64,000 nt of DNA from a virus: positions 35,444-99,443 of the IMG/VR virus record IMGVR_UViG_3300008261_001864; one strand, 5' to 3'. This document shows, in pieces, positions 20,001 to 29,476 of the stretch. Positions within the stretch are counted from its first letter, which is position 1. Every line of letters starts with the position of its first letter. A program made the position numbers and the translations under genes. Below the pieces are notes generated by a model. That model had not been told where the DNA came from and searched no databases. It saw only the letters and a program-made list of their open reading frames with translations.

Positions 20001-23000
20001 GATCCCCGTACACCTTGATGCGGTTCATGCCCCGAGGGATGACCTGATAGGGATTGTCCTCGGTGGTGAAGAAGTAGTCCGTGAACGGGGTTCCGTCGGG
20101 CGGCGTGGACGATAGGAACAGGGGTGGGTCGGATGCCTCGTTGACGATTACCTGCCCTGCCGCCAAGGACACAAGGGTTCGGTTGGTGGTGCCAGGTGCC
20201 GGGTACGTCGCGCCCGCGATCTGATAGACATTCTGGGTGCCCACACGCAACAAAGAGCCGGTGGGCAGCTTGCTAGTCTGGTTGCCTGCCAACGTGAACG
20301 TCGAGGTGTCCTCGGTAAGGATGACCTTCTCGACGTAGAGGGGATACAGGAGGGTGACGGACTGCTCACCTCCAATCGCCTCGTACACGTTGTAGTCGAT
20401 CTGGAGTAGTTCCGAAGGGCCAACAATGGCCCCGTGGGGCACGGCGTCCGTGGTGGGCTTCAAGTCGGGCTGGAAAGTCATCGAGGACGACGACGTAGTG
20501 ACCACCACCTTCGCGGGCGTCTGCGGGCGACCCCCACGATAGACTTTGGGGGGAGGGTAGGCGGCGACCGTGCGACCATTGGGATTGAACGAGAAGGTGG
20601 TACCGGGCTCCGAACGGGGTGGGAGCCTCTCTCGACTGATTCCGAACGTCACCCGCTCTGTCGTGACGGGGAGTTGGTTGCCACTCTGGTCAAGGGGGAT
20701 GTAGGTGACGATAGCCTCCTCACCCGCCGCAAACCTCTCGGTGAACTCAATGAACCCAAGGGGCGGCTGGAGGCTGTAGTCGGTACCGGGCGTCTGCGTC
20801 ACGCAGGCATACACCTTCGGAGGGGTGCCCGAAGGGATGTCGGCCGCGCTAAAGTTCAAGTTCCCCGTCGCAGCACTCACCTGCACGGTGCCCGTGGTGA
20901 GTGTGGTGGAGAAATCGTTGTCGGTCGGAACAGCCGTCGTCGAGCCTATCTGGGTGTAGTTGTTCTGCCCGACTCGGAAGCGAGTATTGGGAGCATCCAC
21001 GACGTCGAGACGCAGGCGGCGATAGATGAGGTAAGCCCTCGGGGTGCTGGAGTTGTCCACCGGGCTACCGAGAAACGACAAGAAATCGGTACCTACGGAC
21101 GACACCACATAGCTTCCGATGTCGGGTCCCGTGCTGATGTAAAGGGTGTCCCCTGCCGTGACGCCTATAGCGATGAAGTCTCGGGTGGTGTCTTGGAGGG
21201 ACCCGTCGGGGGAGACGATCCCGTAGGCGTTGGCCGACTGAGGGATGATGTCGGTCTGGTTCTGGATGAATCCCAACTCGCGGATGCGTTCGACCCTCGT
21301 GATGGGATCGGGAAAGCTGATGGGCTGCCAGTAGCGGTCAGCCATGACCTCGGGGGAGCGGCGAATCTCGTACTCGACGTTGGTAGCGTTGATGAAGTCA
21401 CCGAGGTCGATGTCTGTGAGGAGCGGGGTGACGATAGACCCCGCACTCAACCGATAGATGCCCTTCGCTGGCCCTCCCTTGACCACCAAGACGTCATTAG
21501 ACTCGACTTGAAAGGTGGCCGAGTCGGGGTCCCAGAAGTTGCCGTTGTCGAGGATGCCGGTGGTGCCCTGCGCGACCACCTTGCCGACCGTGTTGACGAG
21601 AGTGACGACGCCTGGTACACGGTCCAGCAGATAGTCCACACCCTCTGTAAGGTCATTGAACAGGTTGGAGGACGGCGCAGACTCTAGGGCGAACTTGTTG
21701 TTGGCCCCGAGAATCAAAGGGTTGGGGAGCGGGAACGTGCCGTTCGGCTTGGTGAAGGTGAGGAACTGGTCCTTCTTACGGTTGGCAAACTTGAGTTGCC
21801 CATCCTCGTAGGAGAGGACGTACCCGAGGCCCGACGGAGGATCGCCGCTGTCGGCGGTAAGGTTGGTGAGGTTGCCCGTAAAAGTGCCCGTGCCTTGTTC
21901 CACAAAGACCTTGATGGGGAATCTGATCCCCTCGACAGGTAGCGCGGGCAGGGAGACAAACGGGGTCTGTCCGATGGGGTCTGCCAGCACGGCTGCGTAG
22001 TCGCCGTACTGCTTCCAGTATGAGGTCAGATCGAACTGGTCGGGGTTTGACCCTGATAGGTTGAGGAAGTTGCGAAAGAAACGGAGGCCCACACCGTTCT
22101 CAAGCAACAAGTCGCCAAACACCACTTGGACGGAGTGGCTGATAGTCCACGCCGAGAACTGCACCTGCCCGACGTCGTTGACCTGCACGGTCCCAGAGGC
22201 TTGGAGGGCCGCAGCACCAAAGGACTCCACCCGCTCCACGGTAGGGAACTGGTAGCCGTCATCCTGTACGAAGATGAGGTCGCCACCCCGATCAGGCGCT
22301 CCCACAATCGCATTGGGGGCCGAGGTGGTGCCGAGGTCCTGACGGGGCAGTTGTTTGCCGTACTCGATGAAAACGCCGTCGTAGTATATCTTGGAAGCCG
22401 CCAAGGCATCCGTGTACGAGAGCCTGATGAGGCCCGTTGCCCTCGACCATTGGAAGGCCCCTGGCAGAGGCATCGTGAAAGCGGTTTCATCCGCGACCTC
22501 CGTGGGGGTCAACCAGACCCCGTGATCGAGGCGAACGACAGGGCTTTGTCCCGTGGCGGGTAACGGGCTGAGAATGATGCCCTTCGCAAAATACTCCTCT
22601 GTCGTCCCGATCTGTCCGTCGCTCTGGTCGGGGGTGAAGAACGCCTGACGTTGCCACCGCAGAGTTTGACCTTCCCATGCGGTGAGGTCCGACGGGTTCC
22701 AGTTCAACTCACCCGTTGACCGCAGCATCTCGACGGTGCCCGAGGCAGGCGACCCGAACGCGCTTACGATGACGACGCCGATGGTGGTGCCACCCCCAAT
22801 GGCCCCGTAGGACAAACGGTAGGGAGCCGCAGGCAGCCCCTCAATCGGCACGGGAAGATGCAGACGCGGAGAGTCATTGAGGGTGGCTTGAACAACGCCG
22901 ATGACCTCTACGGGACCCCCCGGCAGCAGCTTGAAGGCTTGGGTGGTGTTGTCGTAGGTGAAGCGGTCGAAGGGTTGCGTGGTGGTTCCTTCGTTCTTGG

Positions 23001-23241
23001 ACCACGCAAACTTGGCCTCGACGAGCGACTGCCCTCTGGGGACGCCGCCCAATAGGGGCGGGGGGTGAGGCACCACCGTCACGAAGTAGTCCACTCGGGG
23101 GACGTTTTCGGACCCATCCGTAAAGTGCGCGTTGTAGGCCGTGGCGTTCAAGATCGCCGTCTTGGGCGTGAACGTAAACGGGGAGTTAGCCGCCCCGATG
23201 CGGGCTGGCTCGACGACGTAGCCCTTGACCGACATTCCCAT
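17074..23241 (-). CDS. Very large baseplate-associated structural protein
   Basis: 2055 aa beta-rich; repeated D..F....V..GD.L....G.N.G.Y.V..V and G.LNF modules; between spike and wedge genes. Confidence 0.6.
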   Translation of the reverse strand: MGMSVKGYVVEPARIGAANSPFTFTPKTAILNATAYNAHFTDGSENVPRVDYFVTVVPHPPPLLGGVPRGQSLVEAKFAWSKNEGTTTQPFDRFTYDNTTQAFKLLPGGPVEVIGVVQATLNDSPRLHLPVPIEGLPAAPYRLSYGAIGGGTTIGVVIVSAFGSPASGTVEMLRSTGELNWNPSDLTAWEGQTLRWQRQAFFTPDQSDGQIGTTEEYFAKGIILSPLPATGQSPVVRLDHGVWLTPTEVADETAFTMPLPGAFQWSRATGLIRLSYTDALAASKIYYDGVFIEYGKQLPRQDLGTTSAPNAIVGAPDRGGDLIFVQDDGYQFPTVERVESFGAAALQASGTVQVNDVGQVQFSAWTISHSVQVVFGDLLLENGVGLRFFRNFLNLSGSNPDQFDLTSYWKQYGDYAAVLADPIGQTPFVSLPALPVEGIRFPIKVFVEQGTGTFTGNLTNLTADSGDPPSGLGYVLSYEDGQLKFANRKKDQFLTFTKPNGTFPLPNPLILGANNKFALESAPSSNLFNDLTEGVDYLLDRVPGVVTLVNTVGKVVAQGTTGILDNGNFWDPDSATFQVESNDVLVVKGGPAKGIYRLSAGSIVTPLLTDIDLGDFINATNVEYEIRRSPEVMADRYWQPISFPDPITRVERIRELGFIQNQTDIIPQSANAYGIVSPDGSLQDTTRDFIAIGVTAGDTLYISTGPDIGSYVVSSVGTDFLSFLGSPVDNSSTPRAYLIYRRLRLDVVDAPNTRFRVGQNNYTQIGSTTAVPTDNDFSTTLTTGTVQVSAATGNLNFSAADIPSGTPPKVYACVTQTPGTDYSLQPPLGFIEFTERFAAGEEAIVTYIPLDQSGNQLPVTTERVTFGISRERLPPRSEPGTTFSFNPNGRTVAAYPPPKVYRGGRPQTPAKVVVTTSSSSMTFQPDLKPTTDAVPHGAIVGPSELLQIDYNVYEAIGGEQSVTLLYPLYVEKVILTEDTSTFTLAGNQTSKLPTGSLLRVGTQNVYQIAGATYPAPGTTNRTLVSLAAGQVIVNEASDPPLFLSSTPPDGTPFTDYFFTTEDNPYQVIPRGMNRIKVYGDQTSVYVPGIVLLFTDGTHTFSDYYLVVGTKFLNGWTEVQLTSNAQRQYAPATAILKRSIRTIREDGDTRAATLLPPVLSQPYGIFRKASGKIGQFVSYGIDSAGIVNFDPPLSGADEVGICYLGNVSVKPASRLKYTYTHGIVPNTTSDEEPNGMLGQVLKMEYTIWSADTFYFRVETLTNFRGEVTAYFAAQAQGSAPSYGPRTENAPSSPGLPGQGRESIFYKEAHTSNMDLVARRFLKYSNDSINHLEDAIQSFDGRLVGADSGRFRFDGKVDNPPRDLYADVTNDIDDQLFYKKEWVIGGFIWWVETPRYTKMYLPSTVSRLYPTYKDHIFNATFAGSDTADIKDGDPILSFGTSDIDSLVESYYRRFPRALITAYVPAGATTIPVDNATGTSVFFRPGFKKDMKVLVTVLGTALPTYTGTVTVDPTGTALTVTPAVTTAIPRGATISLDPTDTVFQKQFEASLVKATGTLLYSNNFFYFNDPPLTNEFVECKSVYLVNKRTEPYRLPALDGLAESDINDMGLPIQTRTFECEQTYVDEEYAAVQTLAISTTTTNTIPGVALNFTNSLTRTGGFGTPAPQQYDIVRFMTGPNAGAGWRLITALTATTLTVDPPFPTTSGAETVLITSAPNVASGTCTISSSTLISGAALASAAIGHTVIFTDPTHVNAGKRRQIVTKPNSTTATLDYPVSFIGTPSTCTFRVSNHLSTSQLWVAPKIAANKVKPFVLTNNSPAGGVDSEVLAIQRFLDGNPAKGTDGILTDLLTTTTRTGAVNGSDLTDASFDFEAANIAVGCFVYVESGDNRGVYAVTAVTPQTLTCDVPFPTAGNVTYRLVNVFGLSVSSLRDLLGVLHASQDWGAAANTWTALLDQTSVVAGPDAAFTYVNRLMGDDVSNRSNALSDRQGYLASPTGPATKISLILQDRDQLYNKRFIWIDGRVNVQTGLLYLVDRYAAKRLSDLDEQMKNLTKLASM

Positions 23242-23250
23242 CCGACAACC

Positions 23251-23823
23251 TCATATGATCTTGCCCACACCCACCCCGGAGGACGGGGAAGGTGCAGGCG
23301 CTCCCACAATAGGGACCGGGATAGTGAATCCTGCAAAGGCTATGTCGAGGCCCATCCCAATCGCCGTGGCGAGTTGAGCCACCGAAGTCCCTGTCATGCC
23401 CGCTGCCGCAAAACCCGCCAGCATCGACGGTACCGAAGAAGGCCCTGGGAAAGAAGCCACCCCTGTGCCGACCCCAACCGTGGGATGCACGGTTGTTATC
23501 ATGCCCTGCAAGAAAGCGAGCGAGAGGCCGTTTGCAAGAGCGGCTATTAGCTGGGGGGCCGATGTGCCCGCCATGTTCATGCCCGCAAACCCCGTGGTAA
23601 GGCCCGCCAGCAATAGGGGCTGGGGGATCGCACAAGGGAATAGCCCCGCACCAACCCCAAGGGTGCCGACATCTACGGTTGTGACGACAAGGGTACTGGA
23701 TGTCCACAGGTTGACGCCTGTGCCCACCCCGAGGGAGAGTTGTGGCAACCCAACGCCCGTAAAGGCGACCCCCGCAAAAGACGCAGCCAGCGTACCTGCT
23801 ATGGTGGGGGGTGTAAGTGGCAT
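23251..23823 (-). CDS. Small Gly/Ala-rich protein adjacent to spike (possible spike tip)
   Basis: 190 aa, very few charged residues, TGATG coupling to spike gene. Confidence 0.5.
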   Translation of the reverse strand: MPLTPPTIAGTLAASFAGVAFTGVGLPQLSLGVGTGVNLWTSSTLVVTTVDVGTLGVGAGLFPCAIPQPLLLAGLTTGFAGMNMAGTSAPQLIAALANGLSLAFLQGMITTVHPTVGVGTGVASFPGPSSVPSMLAGFAAAGMTGTSVAQLATAIGMGLDIAFAGFTIPVPIVGAPAPSPSSGVGVGKII

Positions 23824-26003
23824 CAGATCGACCTTACACCAGCACTCCCAAGAAGCGGTAGCCCTGTGATGTAGTCGAGGGTCGGAGTCCCAGGGGGCAG
23901 CGAGGGCGTTGCCCGCACCACACCAAGAACTGCTGTGGCCGCGCCTCCCAGCATGATGTTTGGGGAGGAGAGGTCAATACCCGCAGGACTCACGATGGTC
24001 ACCAAGGCACCCGCTGTGACGCTGACCGCCGCCGCCGCCGTCAACGAGTATGCTGCACCAGACGAGACGGTGAAGGCCGCGCCAGAAGTTTGAGTGATGG
24101 ATGCACCCGAAGATTCCGTGATGGCCGCCGTTGCCGTTGTGGAGATCGTGCCGTTGACGGTGACTGTCTTGGACCCTGCCGCGAGCGACTCGACGACAGG
24201 CCCAGCGATGACGTTCTTGAACTCCCCTCCCGAGATGATGGTTTCGTTCTTGTCTTGGGCATACGTCAGATAGGTCATACCATTGATGTTGACGTTACAC
24301 CCGCCCGCGTTCATCGAGTAGCCGCTGATCGCCGTTTGGCTGATCTTGTCGGCCCGAGTGGTCGCCGCACCGTTGGAGGCGACGATGAAAGAACCACCCG
24401 TCTGGAGGTAGGTGTCGCCCGCCGACATCATGGTGTGCTTGCCCGAGACATCCGTGGACAGGCTGTTACCCTGCGCGTCGGCGGCTCCGACATACCTGTT
24501 CTTCACAGGGCCGCGATACACGATGTCGAGAGAGTTCCCTGTGTCGGTGTTGCGACCAATCTCAGCCTTGATGCCGCCCTCCAGCTTGGCGAAAAGGCTC
24601 GTGTTGGAAGGAGAGGCCGCGCCGACAAAGAGTTTCAAGGCTCCCAGCAGGTTGAGGTCCGCAGACACTCCCTTCACACTGTCGCCGTAGGCGTCGTTGG
24701 AAGGCTTCGGCACCTGCATGAGCAGCTTGCCCTGCTTTTGAACAGCGACCGCGAACGGTACGTCGTCGGCTGTCGTAAAGACGGGGTTGATGCGGAACAG
24801 GAAGGCGGCTGCCGAGGTCTTGGCATCGAGGTCCGAACTGTTGCGATTGATAGTCTCAAGGGTGAACTTGCCTGGCGTCAACGCCTTACCCATCCCCCAT
24901 AGCTGGGGGCGTAGGATTTGCCCGTACTGCTTGATGCCTAGCGTCGAGTAGGGATCGTTGCCGATCACCGTCCCCATGACGTGTTCGATGTAGGTCATTC
25001 TCGGGTTGGGGCAGAACCCGTCGATCTCCGTGTGGACCTCTTGGACGAGTTCGGTGTCGTGGGCGATCTCGGTACGGACCTCCGTGAAAGCGGCACCGGC
25101 ACCCTCATCCGGCTTCGCCTCGATGCCAGCCTCCGAGGAGGTGGACGGGTAAAAGACGGTCTTGCCGTTCGAGTAGGTGACGGGAGGGAAGTCCGTGGCG
25201 TTGTTGAACTGCTCCAACAGCACACCGCTCGGTGACGCAAACTTGTAATCGCCTCCGACGGGACCTGGGCCGAGGTTCTGGTAGTCATCACGGCCATAGT
25301 ACCCAGCGGCCTCGTCCTTCAAGGTCTTGGTCGAACCATCGGCTGTGACCACCTCGCGGGGTATCCAGAACACCTGTCGGCGTACCGGCCCCGAGTAACG
25401 CTTGACGCCTGCCTCGTTGTCGAACCGATGGATGGCTTGCGTGACGAGAGTGCGTTCCTCGTCCCTGAGTTCAATGAGGTCGCCTGCCCTGTTGACAAGG
25501 TTGACGCTGCGGTTCAACCACATCTCTGCGCCGCTCGACGACATACCGCCGACGTCACCAGGCTGCATCTTGAACCGCTTGTACCGTACAGGACCACCGA
25601 CATAGTTCCGATAGTCGGCCTTGTCCTCCTCGTCGATGTCGTTGGGGTCGCTGGCTGCAAAGGGATCGTACCGTAGCCCCTGCCGGTTTCCTGTCGGCAG
25701 GTACCCAAGGATGGTGGCCTCCGCGATGTTGTGCTTGGGCGACACCATTCGGTAGCCCACCATCACGAACGAGCCTACCTCGGGGATACCTCCCCAGAAG
25801 CTACGAGGCCCGCACATGGCCTGCGACAACTCCACCTCCATCCGATAGCCGCTGCCCGTGATGATCTTGACGTCCACCTTCATGTTGACTTCATCGACCC
25901 TCTGGACCACCCCAACACGGAAGCCGTGTGAGGTGCCGTGGTTGTCGATGAAGTCCTCGTTGACGGCGAAGTTGTCGGGGTACTTGGAGACGTAGTGGAT
26001 CAT
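23823..26003 (-). CDS. Central spike protein (gp5/gpV/VgrG-like)
   Basis: N-terminal OB-fold-like GVVQRVD..MKVDV...GGIPEVGSFVMVGY; C-terminal 8-residue beta-helix repeats (GAAFTVSS GAAYSLTA AAAVSVTA). Confidence 0.75.
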   Translation of the reverse strand: MIHYVSKYPDNFAVNEDFIDNHGTSHGFRVGVVQRVDEVNMKVDVKIITGSGYRMEVELSQAMCGPRSFWGGIPEVGSFVMVGYRMVSPKHNIAEATILGYLPTGNRQGLRYDPFAASDPNDIDEEDKADYRNYVGGPVRYKRFKMQPGDVGGMSSSGAEMWLNRSVNLVNRAGDLIELRDEERTLVTQAIHRFDNEAGVKRYSGPVRRQVFWIPREVVTADGSTKTLKDEAAGYYGRDDYQNLGPGPVGGDYKFASPSGVLLEQFNNATDFPPVTYSNGKTVFYPSTSSEAGIEAKPDEGAGAAFTEVRTEIAHDTELVQEVHTEIDGFCPNPRMTYIEHVMGTVIGNDPYSTLGIKQYGQILRPQLWGMGKALTPGKFTLETINRNSSDLDAKTSAAAFLFRINPVFTTADDVPFAVAVQKQGKLLMQVPKPSNDAYGDSVKGVSADLNLLGALKLFVGAASPSNTSLFAKLEGGIKAEIGRNTDTGNSLDIVYRGPVKNRYVGAADAQGNSLSTDVSGKHTMMSAGDTYLQTGGSFIVASNGAATTRADKISQTAISGYSMNAGGCNVNINGMTYLTYAQDKNETIISGGEFKNVIAGPVVESLAAGSKTVTVNGTISTTATAAITESSGASITQTSGAAFTVSSGAAYSLTAAAAVSVTAGALVTIVSPAGIDLSSPNIMLGGAATAVLGVVRATPSLPPGTPTLDYITGLPLLGSAGVRSI

Positions 26004-29000
26004 CTATTTGCCGTACTTCTTGGAGGCACCCGTGGCACCGGCACCATAGGTGGGTTCGGGGGGCGGTGCGGACGGAGTGTTGACAGCGGCATCCGAAAGC
26101 GGGCCTCCGTTGACGGCCTGTGCAAGTTTCAGCTTCTCCTCGTCGAGTTGCTGCTGGTACTTGTTGACGCGGGCTTGGGCCTCATCCAACACATATTGCG
26201 GGACAGGGGGGACCGCCTGCTGTGCCTTGGCAAGGTCGGCCTGTGCTTGTGCGAGAGCCTCGGCGTTGCGGGCGACCGAGAACTCAAGGTTCTTGATGAC
26301 GGTCCCTCGGACAAAGCTATCCGCAGCGGTGGTGACCGCCTCTTGGAAGCCCAGCTTGGCGGTATCGACCATCCCTGCAATATCCGTGAAGCCCATAGCC
26401 GCCCAACGGGCTGGGTCATTGAAGGGCGGCTTGAAGCGGCTGTCGGGCGTGCCTGTATCGTTGTCTGGGAAGCGGCCAGGTGTTGTCGGTGCGTCACCGC
26501 CTCGAAGCGCCTTCTCTAGTTCTTGGTGTGGCTCGTCCAAGGCTTTGTAGAGGTCGAACAGGTACTTGTTGACCTTGGTGATGACTTGATCGGACGTAAT
26601 CGCAGGCAAGGTGTCGGTGTTGACAGGTCGGTTGTCGGTCCTGCCGCCCGTGGTTGTGATGGTGGTGCCTTCGAGCGTGACAGGAGCGCCGGTTAGACCG
26701 TTGACGGGTTCAATCTTGGTGGCTTGGCTCATAAACGCCAAGTCGGACCGCGACAACAGACACGAACAAGGTGACGCACCCCCCGTGACGTCACCCTTGA
26801 CCGACATCTCGGCAAGGGTGAGGGCGCGGGTTAGCTGCGTGGCCTCAATGCTGTCAGGTATCCGCAGCGTCTCAGTGGACCCCAGAGGAGCGGAGTTGAT
26901 GAGGTTGGTGGCCGTCGATGAGTAGTCGGGAGTGGTCACTGTGGGGGTGCCAGAACTAAACTTGGAGCCGAACTGAGTGGCCCCCGTCTCTAGGTCCTCG
27001 GGCTGCAAGGTCGCAAGGTTCCGCGCAGGGTTGGGGAACGCTGTCGTGACCCCTCGGAGGCCCACGGACTGCGCGATCAGCGTGTCCGACAAGTTGCCCG
27101 AGAGCGTGGTCTGGAGGGAGATACTGGCGGCCTGATTGGCTTGGTTGGCGTTCCAGACAAGGGACCCGTCTCGTAGCGACAGGCCACGGCCGTACCGAAA
27201 CTGACCGACAACCTCAAAACCACGCTCATCCGAGACGGGACGGATGAGCGCCATACCACCTCGGGAAGTAGTCTTGAACCCCGCAGAGTCATCGCTGATT
27301 CTCGCGGCACTAAGAAGGATTGTCTCAGCGACGACGGGCTTATTGTTGGAAACCGCACCGCCCGCGTCGTACAGGTAGGTGAACACACCTGCCGAGTTCA
27401 GCCCGTATTGATAACGGTTCTGCATATACTTGACGCGGAGGGCACTTGATTTTCCTTCCTGTAGGGACTTGTCATACGCCGCTGCAAGGGAGGTCATGTT
27501 CGTGGTGCGTCTTTCTTCTGCGGTCTTACGAGCCTTGTCCTCTGCGGCCTTGGGCAACCGTTCTACCTTTTTGATCTCGGAGCCACCCACCCCTGACTCG
27601 GAGGGTAGCTTCGTGGGCTTGAAAGGCCGTGTGTAGGCCATGACCACGTTAGGGAACCCGCAGGGGCGTCCCGTCTTTGGGTGGCGCAAGATGAGAGGCG
27701 CGTAGGGGTTCTGGGCAGCGGGCTTATCGAACATCGACAAATCTTCGGGGGGCAGCACGGCGGCGTCCCCCAACTCGATCTTGAACTTCGCCGCCTCGGC
27801 CAACTGCCTCGCCGTGTACTTGAAGATGCCCGGATTCTGCTCGATGGTTTCCGGCGCTGCCACGGTACCCGTTGGGGCTGCCTTTCCTGTTGTCGCGGCT
27901 TTTGAGACGGCGGGAGGGGTATAGCCCGTGAGTTTCAACTTGCCGATGCCTCTCGGCGCGAAGAACTTGGTTCTACGAGCCGTCAACGTCAACGTCGTCT
28001 GGGCCGACCCACCAAACTGAATGTTGTGCGATACGCCCGTGACGTACCACATCTGGTCTTTGGGAGCGACGTAGATGGGGAACCCCATCCGTAACTCGGG
28101 CCGCAGCGGGATGCTGACCGTCCCGCGATGACGACGGGCGTTCAAGCGATCCATCACGTCCATGCCGTAGTAGAACATGAGTTGGGGGTCGCCCATGAAC
28201 TCGCTGTTCAACTGGTGGGTGCGCCAGCCGTACTTACGAAGGAGGTGCCAATCCGTCACGCTGGTGAACGGCTCAATGTCCTGCGGCATACCGTAGTCGA
28301 TGGCACCACCGAAACTACCCGCCATCTGGACCTGGGTGACTACTTCCGACTCGGACTCCGAGAAGTCCCAATCTATGATGTCGATGTCCTGTATCCAACT
28401 GACCGGCTTGTTGGGCAGGGTGTCGAGGTTGTAGAAGGGCGGCTTGAACACGATGTCGCCCGTCACGTCCATGTAGAACTCGTACCCAATGGCGTCCTTG
28501 GCGGCGTTGGCGATCTCTAGCTTCGTCTGGTACTCGGACTGCCACAGGTTGACCTGCCCTGCGTTGGCGAACTGCGTCTTGAAGGCCACGACGTTCTGGC
28601 TGGTGGGGTCGAAGATCATACCCCCGCCGTACTTGCCGCCGTTGGACCGTCGGACCTCCTGAGAGGCAAAGGGCTGACCCTTTAGTTCGTCTTTGTGCAG
28701 GCTGTATTTTTGAGCCAAGGTCGCACCACGAATCGCCACACCCTGCGCCCCGTAGAGCAGCAGATTGTTCTGCATCCGCGTGAACCGCTTGGACCAATAC
28801 AGGGTGAGGTCTGCGAGGGCCGCCGCGAACGTACTTTGCTGCCCCGCCTCGGGGTTGTAGCTGGTGAGGCTGCCCGTACCCACCACGACGTCGCCTGTCG
28901 CCTGCTGGGCAAGCGTCCAGATGACATCGTAGGGGTTCATGCCGTGGAACACGTTGCCGAACAGGTCCCACCCCATAGCCGTCTTGGGGGCCGTCCACGC

Positions 29001-29456
29001 GGGGTTGATGTTGATTTTGCAGAGTTCCCACCACTTGAGGATGTCCGCACAGTTGATGGCGATGGTGTGCTGGCCCGACGAGTATTGGTCGGTGACCTCG
29101 GTGACGAACCCCCAGAAGATGGGGTAGTATTGAGGGACTCCTTCGACCAGGTAGTACCCCTTGGCGTAAATCTCAATCTCCATCATCGGGGAGATGACGG
29201 GAACGCCCTCGAAGTACACGTCGTCGATGGAGTGCCGAGGAACAGACAGGTTGATGGACGCCGACCCAGGGCAACTGTCCACGTTGAGATCGACCTGGAT
29301 GCTCGTGATGTACTTGTGGATGTCGAACTTCCGCATACACCCACCACAGGCTATGACGTCGGACTCTCCGTTGATGTAGACGATGGCATCCGGCGCTACC
29401 GTGATGGTCGGGCGAACGTTGGGCTGGAAGGTACCTTGGAAGGGGCCGCGTGCCAT
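26004..29456 (-). CDS. Baseplate hub protein (gp27/late control D-like) with long C-terminal extension
   Basis: Start revised to ATG 29456; SIQVDLNVD..PGSASINL, YEFYMDVTGDIVFKPPFYN, RPELRMGFPIY...WYVTGVSHNI.FG...TTLTL. Confidence 0.75.
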   Translation of the reverse strand: MARGPFQGTFQPNVRPTITVAPDAIVYINGESDVIACGGCMRKFDIHKYITSIQVDLNVDSCPGSASINLSVPRHSIDDVYFEGVPVISPMMEIEIYAKGYYLVEGVPQYYPIFWGFVTEVTDQYSSGQHTIAINCADILKWWELCKININPAWTAPKTAMGWDLFGNVFHGMNPYDVIWTLAQQATGDVVVGTGSLTSYNPEAGQQSTFAAALADLTLYWSKRFTRMQNNLLLYGAQGVAIRGATLAQKYSLHKDELKGQPFASQEVRRSNGGKYGGGMIFDPTSQNVVAFKTQFANAGQVNLWQSEYQTKLEIANAAKDAIGYEFYMDVTGDIVFKPPFYNLDTLPNKPVSWIQDIDIIDWDFSESESEVVTQVQMAGSFGGAIDYGMPQDIEPFTSVTDWHLLRKYGWRTHQLNSEFMGDPQLMFYYGMDVMDRLNARRHRGTVSIPLRPELRMGFPIYVAPKDQMWYVTGVSHNIQFGGSAQTTLTLTARRTKFFAPRGIGKLKLTGYTPPAVSKAATTGKAAPTGTVAAPETIEQNPGIFKYTARQLAEAAKFKIELGDAAVLPPEDLSMFDKPAAQNPYAPLILRHPKTGRPCGFPNVVMAYTRPFKPTKLPSESGVGGSEIKKVERLPKAAEDKARKTAEERRTTNMTSLAAAYDKSLQEGKSSALRVKYMQNRYQYGLNSAGVFTYLYDAGGAVSNNKPVVAETILLSAARISDDSAGFKTTSRGGMALIRPVSDERGFEVVGQFRYGRGLSLRDGSLVWNANQANQAASISLQTTLSGNLSDTLIAQSVGLRGVTTAFPNPARNLATLQPEDLETGATQFGSKFSSGTPTVTTPDYSSTATNLINSAPLGSTETLRIPDSIEATQLTRALTLAEMSVKGDVTGGASPCSCLLSRSDLAFMSQATKIEPVNGLTGAPVTLEGTTITTTGGRTDNRPVNTDTLPAITSDQVITKVNKYLFDLYKALDEPHQELEKALRGGDAPTTPGRFPDNDTGTPDSRFKPPFNDPARWAAMGFTDIAGMVDTAKLGFQEAVTTAADSFVRGTVIKNLEFSVARNAEALAQAQADLAKAQQAVPPVPQYVLDEAQARVNKYQQQLDEEKLKLAQAVNGGPLSDAAVNTPSAPPPEPTYGAGATGASKKYGK

Positions 29457-29476
29457 GATGTACTCCGAGGTTGACC

